The position numbers and the translations under genes were made by a program. Below are positions 59,501 through 64,000 of a DNA stretch of 64,000 nt, in pieces. The notes below the pieces were generated by a model, which worked only from the letters and a program-made list of their open reading frames with translations, was not told where the DNA came from and did no database searches. Source of the stretch: Desulfobulbaceae bacterium (GTDB lineage: Bacteria > Desulfobacterota > Desulfobulbia > Desulfobulbales > Desulfobulbaceae); assembly GCA_003508005.1 (NCBI GenBank), contig DNUE01000016.1, positions 24,746 through 88,745 on the forward strand, given 5' to 3'. Within the stretch, counting starts at the first letter, position 1, and each line of letters opens with the position of its first letter.

Positions 59501-60761
59501 CCTGGCAGTGATCCTGTACCTGGCCAAGCAGGGGCCGACGCTGGTGGTCGCGCCGACCTCGGTGTGCATGAACTGGGAGCAGGAGATCATCCGTTTCGCA
59601 CCTACCCTCAACATCCAACTTCTCAGCGGGACCGGAAGAAAGGACCTGGTCGCCTCACTGAACAAGTTTGATATCCTGATCACCAGCTACACCTTGCTGC
59701 AGCAGGAAATCAAGCTGCTGGAGTCGGTCGAGTGGCAGTGCATTGTCCTGGACGAGGCACAGGCCATCAAAAATGCCGGCACCAAGCGCTCCCGGGCGGC
59801 TATGCGGCTCAAAGGCAGGTTTCGCCTGCTGACCACCGGAACGCCCATCGAGAACCATCTGGGTGAGCTGTGGAACCTGTTCCGCTTTATCAACCCAGGT
59901 CTGCTCGGCTCCTTCAAGCAGTTCAACGCCCGTTTCGGCATTCCCATTGAAAAGCATCAGGACCGGGATGCTCGTCGCAAACTGAAAAAGATCATCCGCC
60001 CCTTTATGCTGCGCCGGATCAAGGCCCAGGTTCTGGACGAGCTGCCGCCCCGCACCGAGGTATCCCTGCGGGTGGAGATGAAGCCCGAGGAAATGCATTT
60101 TTACGAGGCCCTGCGCCAGCAGGCCCTGGAAAACATCGAAGGAAGCATGGAAAAAACCGGCCGCCATCTGCAGATCCTGGCGGAGATCATGAAACTGCGC
60201 CGGGCCTGCTGCCACCCCAGGCTGATCGTGCCGGACATCGACATTTCCGCGGCCAAGATGGAGGTTTTTGCCGCGCTGGTGGATGAACTGCTGGCAAGCA
60301 GGCACAAGGCCCTGGTTTTCAGCCAGTTCACCGGCCACCTTTCCTTGATCAGGAAATATCTCGACGAAAAAGGGATCGTCTATAAATACCTGGACGGCAC
60401 CACGCCGACCAGGGAGCGGCAGCGCCAGGTGGAAACCTTCCAGGAAGGTGAAGGCGATCTGTTCCTGATCAGCCTGAAAGCAGGTGGGCTCGGACTCAAC
60501 CTGACCGCTGCCGATTATGTCATCCACATGGACCCCTGGTGGAATCCTGCGGTCGAGGACCAGGCAGCGGACCGGGCGCACCGGATTGGCCAGAAACGGC
60601 CTGTTACGGTCTACCGGCTGGTGACTGCCAATACCATCGAAGAAAAAATAGTCAAGCTGCACCAGGAGAAACGGGATCTGGCCAATTCGCTGCTCGAGGG
60701 CACCGATGTCAGCGCTCGGATCAGTGCCGACGAGCTGCTGGAACTGATCCGGGAAAAATGA
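56595..60761 (+). CDS. SNF2-family helicase/ATPase with an N-terminal region of about 900 aa and unknown function
   Basis: C-terminal SNF2_N plus helicase_C: LADDMGLGKT (motif I), VLDEAQAIKN (DEAQ box), TGTPIEN, and WWNPAVEDQAADRAHRIGQ (motif VI). Confidence 0.85.
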   Translation: MTDEHERNIPAGYLSFSPLEQALLLLVSVIYEPVATPFLFSCMAKADFGTLGTFRPTREELASALYRLREKHFLNENNRIPQPLVEYITRQAVRSGIFCQLSALVEKMAPVSYQDGKWSTRCRRAMRQFRIGIYNGDFEKIDEANAFLDEHCRSRLAGKAPAVLVAAESFDPQWFGALAGSLQFYLLEQVIRYSMNQLQHYPPVLSYLADESALTIGPDEQVPFHRLLAGYYLLEGRFTDLEALHARHPDSFHASGFSGTLAFLRGDTEQAHFLFREDLRQLHAYFGDRPAFFFGLPGLFCVFALLDRNRIEDRLLIKQDIAIALARYQGCPEEVPYLFIDALVSSLDSSLPDMKTLSERLQEDEAGLTRLIAVLCLCWMGVEIPDEFRKSLASVYERAAANGFAWLAMEAAILLGELEYEGQGAEYGRLGEEYRSRLGCRSIVSIIATERSWKHSLQELITLTSAVRSQKQTTRLVWLVQYAKGRLYFQPREQKRKADGTWSKGRSMALSRLIEQRDLDFLTTQDRRICAALHSLAEPPSKGSGYGFDPEIALPALIGHPLVFLEKSPQTPVEIIAGEPELLVEQQGDYLFIHFTQDIGEGKVIVWQETLTRFKVIRIDDNHRRIAGITGRKGLRVPISASSQVLDAIGRIGSFMTVHSSVGVDIGSQSVDSVEADSTIHLHFIPYGSGFRLEMFVKPFVDGGPYLKPGVGVANLLADVNGRRLQTRRNLRLEEEKAREIEESCPILDLAIDLEEGNVREWHLLDPEECLQALLELEEIRDKVVLEWPEGGRLSVRRQAGVNQLNLNIRTSQQDWFGISGRLAIDQDEVIELKTLLDSVKYSRSRFIPIGDSQFLALTQEFRKRLDELVLLAESREDGEGDEVFIHPLAALALDGLTREANTKADEGWKRRLRLVQESQALAPEVPSTLQAELRDYQYEGFVWMARLAHLGVGACLADDMGLGKTLQSLAVILYLAKQGPTLVVAPTSVCMNWEQEIIRFAPTLNIQLLSGTGRKDLVASLNKFDILITSYTLLQQEIKLLESVEWQCIVLDEAQAIKNAGTKRSRAAMRLKGRFRLLTTGTPIENHLGELWNLFRFINPGLLGSFKQFNARFGIPIEKHQDRDARRKLKKIIRPFMLRRIKAQVLDELPPRTEVSLRVEMKPEEMHFYEALRQQALENIEGSMEKTGRHLQILAEIMKLRRACCHPRLIVPDIDISAAKMEVFAALVDELLASRHKALVFSQFTGHLSLIRKYLDEKGIVYKYLDGTTPTRERQRQVETFQEGEGDLFLISLKAGGLGLNLTAADYVIHMDPWWNPAVEDQAADRAHRIGQKRPVTVYRLVTANTIEEKIVKLHQEKRDLANSLLEGTDVSARISADELLELIREK

Positions 60762-61010
60762 TGGTGTCGCAAAAACTCCCCAACTGAGGTGTCGGAGTCT
60801 ACGCTTACCTGTGCTTCTTCCTTTGTCACTGCGGCGTACAGGGTGTACGCTTCATTCCTCAGGATTTGCGCGCCTTGCATTTGACGGAATCGCAAAAAGG
60901 GCGATGCAGACGCCGGCAATCTAGGTAACTTATTGTATCCATTGTGGCGGATGCTCAATGTATTTATTCTATTACACTTTTATTTCATTGGGGTTTTTTG
61001 CATAGCCATC
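60762..61010 (+). repeat. most complete copy of the modular intergenic repeat family (blocks A-E)
   Basis: Block A is 60762..60784 and block B is 60825..60836. Block C is GGAATCGCAAAAAGGGCGATGCAGACGCCGGC (60886..60917). Block D is GTGGCGGATGCTCA (60944..60957). Block E, TTTTTGCA, lies near 60994..61001. Confidence 0.65.
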
Positions 61011-61074
61011 CCTTTTGTCTTTTAAAGAGGACATAAGAAATATGAGACACCACGGTATTAATTGAGGACGCGAG

Positions 61075-62394
61075 ATGAACATTCGAACGCTGAGTGTGGA
61101 AACAGAGCAGGGGCGAAATTTTCTGCGGGTCCTGCGGGAAAGGTTCAGCTTCGGGGACGGCGGCTGCCGCGAGAGGGTGGCGAATATCCTCGAGGAGGTT
61201 CGTCTCCGGGGCGACGAGGCGGTGGTGGAATACACCCGGAAGTTTGATGCCCCGGCTATGACTGTCGCCGGTATGCGGGTGCTTGATGCGGAAATCGAGG
61301 CGGCGGCAAAGGGAGTGTCTACGGAGCTTTTGGCAACCCTCCGCCTGGCCGTGGAGAGGATCCGGGCCTTTCATGAACGGGAGATGGAGGACTCCTGGTT
61401 CCTGACAAGGGACGACGGCACGGTGACCGGCCGGCTGGTGCGGCCGGTGGACAGCGCCGGCCTTTATGTGCCGGGCGGGCAGAGCGGCTCCACCCCCCTA
61501 GTCTCCTCGGTTTTAATGAACGGCATCCCCGCCCTCATCGCCGGGGTCAAGAGGCGGGTGATGGTCACCCCGCCCGACGACCAGGGAGGGGTCAGCCCGG
61601 CGCTGCTGGTGGCGGCCCGCGAAGTCGGGATAGATGAGATTTATAAAATCGGTTCCGCCTGGGCCATTGCCGCCTTGGCTTACGGCACCGCGACCATCCC
61701 GGCGGTGGACGTGATCGTCGGCCCCGGCAACCAGTACGTGGCCGAGGCCAAGCGCCAGGTCATGGGTCGTGTGCGCATCGATATGATCGCCGGCCCCAGC
61801 GAAGTGCTGATCGTGGCCGACGCACAGGCCAACCCATCATTCATCGCCGCTGACCTGCTGGCCCAGGCCGAGCATGATCCTCAGGCCCTGGCCATCCTCC
61901 TCACCACCAGCGAGGAGATTGCCGCCAGGACCGAGGCGGAACTGGAGTATCAGTTACCGCAGCTGAGCCGCCAGGAGGTGGCCAGCCGGTCGCTTTCCGA
62001 GCGGGGCGCAATCCTGCTGGTCGATTCTTTGGAGCAGGCCATGGAATTGGCGAACGAGATCGCCATCGAGCATCTGGAGCTGCAGGTGCAGGACCCCTGG
62101 CAGTGGCTGCCCAGGGTGCGGCACGCCGGGGCTGTGTTCCTGGGCGGCTTTACCCCGGAGGCGGCCGGCGATTATGTGGCCGGGCCCAATCATGTCCTGC
62201 CCACCATGGGTACGGCCCGCATCGCTTCTGCCCTGGGGGTGGAGACCTTTCTCAAAAAAAGTTCCATCATCTCCTATTCGCGCCAGGCCCTGCTCAGCGA
62301 TGCCGACCATATCCGCCTGCTGGCCAGACTCGAGGGGCTGACCGCCCACGAACGCTCCGTGGCGGTGCGGGTGGAACACGCGGCCAGGTCCTGA
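61075..62394 (+). CDS. hisD: histidinol dehydrogenase
   Basis: [15 protein letters not shown]...AQAEHD...AIEHLEL are HisD motifs. Confidence 0.95.
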   Translation: MNIRTLSVETEQGRNFLRVLRERFSFGDGGCRERVANILEEVRLRGDEAVVEYTRKFDAPAMTVAGMRVLDAEIEAAAKGVSTELLATLRLAVERIRAFHEREMEDSWFLTRDDGTVTGRLVRPVDSAGLYVPGGQSGSTPLVSSVLMNGIPALIAGVKRRVMVTPPDDQGGVSPALLVAAREVGIDEIYKIGSAWAIAALAYGTATIPAVDVIVGPGNQYVAEAKRQVMGRVRIDMIAGPSEVLIVADAQANPSFIAADLLAQAEHDPQALAILLTTSEEIAARTEAELEYQLPQLSRQEVASRSLSERGAILLVDSLEQAMELANEIAIEHLELQVQDPWQWLPRVRHAGAVFLGGFTPEAAGDYVAGPNHVLPTMGTARIASALGVETFLKKSSIISYSRQALLSDADHIRLLARLEGLTAHERSVAVRVEHAARS

Positions 62395-62401
62395 CCCGTT
62401 C

Positions 62402-63073
62402 ATGCCCGGCACCAGTGAACAGGAGGCGGAGCAACTCCTCCGCCGGGGACTGGAGCTGCTTGGCCTCCCCTTGGCGGACGGTCCGGTGGCGCAGCTGGTG
62501 CGCTACTGCCTGGAGTTGGAGAAGTGGAACCGCAAGGTCAACCTCATCGCCAAAAACACCCCGCTGCCGGAGATTATTGACAAGCATTTTCTTGATTCCC
62601 TGACCTTGGTCCCGATCCTCGACCGGCTGCTGCCCAAGGGCGGCACCTTGCTTGACGTGGGCAGCGGCGCCGGTTTTCCCGGCCTGCCGGTGAAAATTGC
62701 GCGACCCTCCTCCTGGCAAATCACCCTGCTCGAACCACGAGAGCGGCGAGTCATTTTTCTGCGGCATGTCATCAGAACCCTTGCCGTGACGCGGATTGCG
62801 GTGGAGCCTTCCCGCATCGAGGAGGGACGAGTGACAGGAGAATACCAGCTCATCACCGGCCGGGCCGTAGCGGACGTTCCCTCCTTTCTAATCATGGTCG
62901 AGATCCTCGCCACATCGAAGACCTATGTCATCTGTATGCAGGGGGAGGGGGGAAGGCAAGGGCTGGGGCAGGGTGACCGGGTCGGAGCTTTCATCTGTGT
63001 CGGGGTGGAGGAGACCAGGCTGCCGTTCAGCCGGGCGCCGCGTTTCCTCTTGCTGTTTCGCCGGGCGGATTGA
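62402..63073 (+). CDS. rsmG: 16S rRNA (guanine527-N7)-methyltransferase
   Basis: KWNRKVNLIA...HFLDSL...LLDVGSGAGFPGLPVKI is GidB/RsmG-like. Confidence 0.9.
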   Translation: MPGTSEQEAEQLLRRGLELLGLPLADGPVAQLVRYCLELEKWNRKVNLIAKNTPLPEIIDKHFLDSLTLVPILDRLLPKGGTLLDVGSGAGFPGLPVKIARPSSWQITLLEPRERRVIFLRHVIRTLAVTRIAVEPSRIEEGRVTGEYQLITGRAVADVPSFLIMVEILATSKTYVICMQGEGGRQGLGQGDRVGAFICVGVEETRLPFSRAPRFLLLFRRAD

Positions 63074-63093
63074 GTCACTCTATATTCCTGTCC

Positions 63094-63134
63094 ATCAAGG
63101 AGGTGGCTGACCGCCTCCTTGATCACCTTTTTTT
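63094..63134 (+). terminator. rho-independent terminator downstream of rsmG
   Basis: ATCAAGGAGG-10 nt-CCTCCTTGAT (perfect 10-bp stem) followed by CACC and T7. Confidence 0.75.
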
Positions 63135-63219
63135 GATCCATATTGTCCGTATGAATCCCGAATTTTCTGGTTGTTGCAGGACTTGTGCTGTTTTGAGAAA
63201 AGGTGATTTGTTACGTATA

Positions 63220-64000
63220 GTTCCGGGTAAAGGCGCCGGTTACCCGGTGCCCTCCCCACAGACCCGGACGTGATGATTTCCCTCACCCGGTTCCTCGAAA
63301 GACACAGGTTCTACGCCCGTGAATTACCAAACGGGTTGTTCCCCGTTTGGCGCATAACTTTGCTACCCAGTGCATTCTATGGACTTTGCGTTGACATAGT
63401 TTGTGGGCACAGAGTCCCTCCTATCTTTCCTGTCCACAGAGCGTTATGCCCGGCTTCACCTTTCCTGCAGCGGGTCCCTTGAGCCTCGGTTCCCCGCCTT
63501 CCCGGACATCTTTTCCTGTCCACCGGTACTATGATCAGCTAAGACTGCCAAAAGCCCGTCTCAGGTCCGTTCACTCTTCGCTGTCCGTACCTGATACCTT
63601 GCCTGCCCTTCTGCTTTTGTGTTCTTCTGCAAGCTCGCATGAGGGGCGGGGCGCTCTCACCTCATACGCCGGGAATGTATATACGGCATTCCTGACCGTT
63701 ACCTGTGCAAGGAGACAAGTGGCTCTCCCGAGTTCCCACGCTACCCCTGTGAATACATGCCCTGGTCTCAGACCCCGGTGGTGACCGGAACACTTGCCAT
63801 AGCGCATTCCGGCCTGCTGCCTTCCGGCATCGTAAAGCCGTCGGCTTTCACTCCCGGTTGCCCGGAAGCTATCATAAAGACCACGAAGAAAGATTTTTCG
63901 GAGCTCAATACAGAGCCTGCATTCTTGATCCGTCCGGCTCAGGACTCCCGTTACTGGGTTGGCCCTCGGACTTCTCTACTGACCTGTCGGCTTGACTTTG
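63220..64000 (-). ncRNA. candidate large structured RNA; group II intron-like 3' portion (domain III-, V- and VI-like elements), 5' end beyond the window
   Basis: No credible ORF on either strand over about 800 nt, and the minus strand is purine-rich. The domain V-like element at minus 63293..63261 is GAACCGGGU-GAGG-GAAA(U)-CAUC-AC-GUCCGGGUC. The domain VI-like element is GGCACCGG-GUAA-CCGGCGCC with a bulged A 8 nt before ...GGAAC (63220). The canonical AGC triad reads AAC, so the call is tentative. Confidence 0.35.

Noticed and set aside
60990-61003. Sigma-54 (-24/-12) promoter inside the repeat elements (TTGGGGTTTTTTGCA and the TTTTTGCGA blocks).
   Set aside because: The GG-to-GC spacing is two nt too short in the hisD copy, and the other copies have no GG dinucleotide at the required distance.
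63140-64000. RNase P RNA, SRP RNA, 5S/23S rRNA or a CsrB-like GGA-sponge as the identity of the terminal ORF-free region.
   Set aside because: There is no GGAAAGUCCGGGC or ACAGAACCCGGCUUA (RNase P). Only a local CCGGAAGGCAGCAG resemblance to the SRP helix 8 motif exists, without the flanking pairing. There are no rRNA signature strings. Only about six AGGA motifs occur in about 860 nt, which is not enriched.

Overview
About 64 kb of high-50s % GC (by eye) bacterial chromosome. Most of it is densely packed housekeeping genes: xseB-ispA-dxs, argC-truA-maf, rplM-rpsI, hisB, asnS, hflX, pyrE, glmS, lpxD-fabZ-lpxA-lpxI, lolCD, lysS, coaD-rsmD-pssA-psd, ilvBN, galE, ligA, ppiD, hisD and rsmG. There are also three tRNAs (Gly-GCC, Val-CAC, Arg-CCG). 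A bona fide DsrC, a Rieske/cytochrome b pair, LpxI and the overall gene content suggest a sulfur-cycling Desulfobacterota (Desulfobulbales-like) organism; this is inference only. No rRNA, CRISPR array, integrase or transposase is visible. Observations worth a second look: (1) a modular interspersed repeat family that I do not recognise occupies at least 8 intergenic sites. It consists of post-stop block A, block B, an A-loop hairpin followed by GACGCCGG, the box GTGGCGGATGCTCA, and TTTTTGCGA, always oriented with the downstream gene. (2) A T7-gp4/Twinkle-like zinc-ribbon/TOPRIM-like/DnaB-C gene is bracketed by a 34-bp inverted repeat (28/34 identical) and diverges from an 805-aa HerA/DUF87-like ATPase. 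(3) At least 780 nt at the window end is ORF-free and purine-rich on the minus strand, with group II intron-like domain V/VI hairpins. (4) A sulfotransferase gene of roughly 30% GC is wedged inside the lysS-lolCD operon. (5) A low-GC islet next to tRNA-Arg/Val carries a GGDEF-CheY-CheC module. All functional calls come from reading the supplied translations and sequence by eye; no searches were run.
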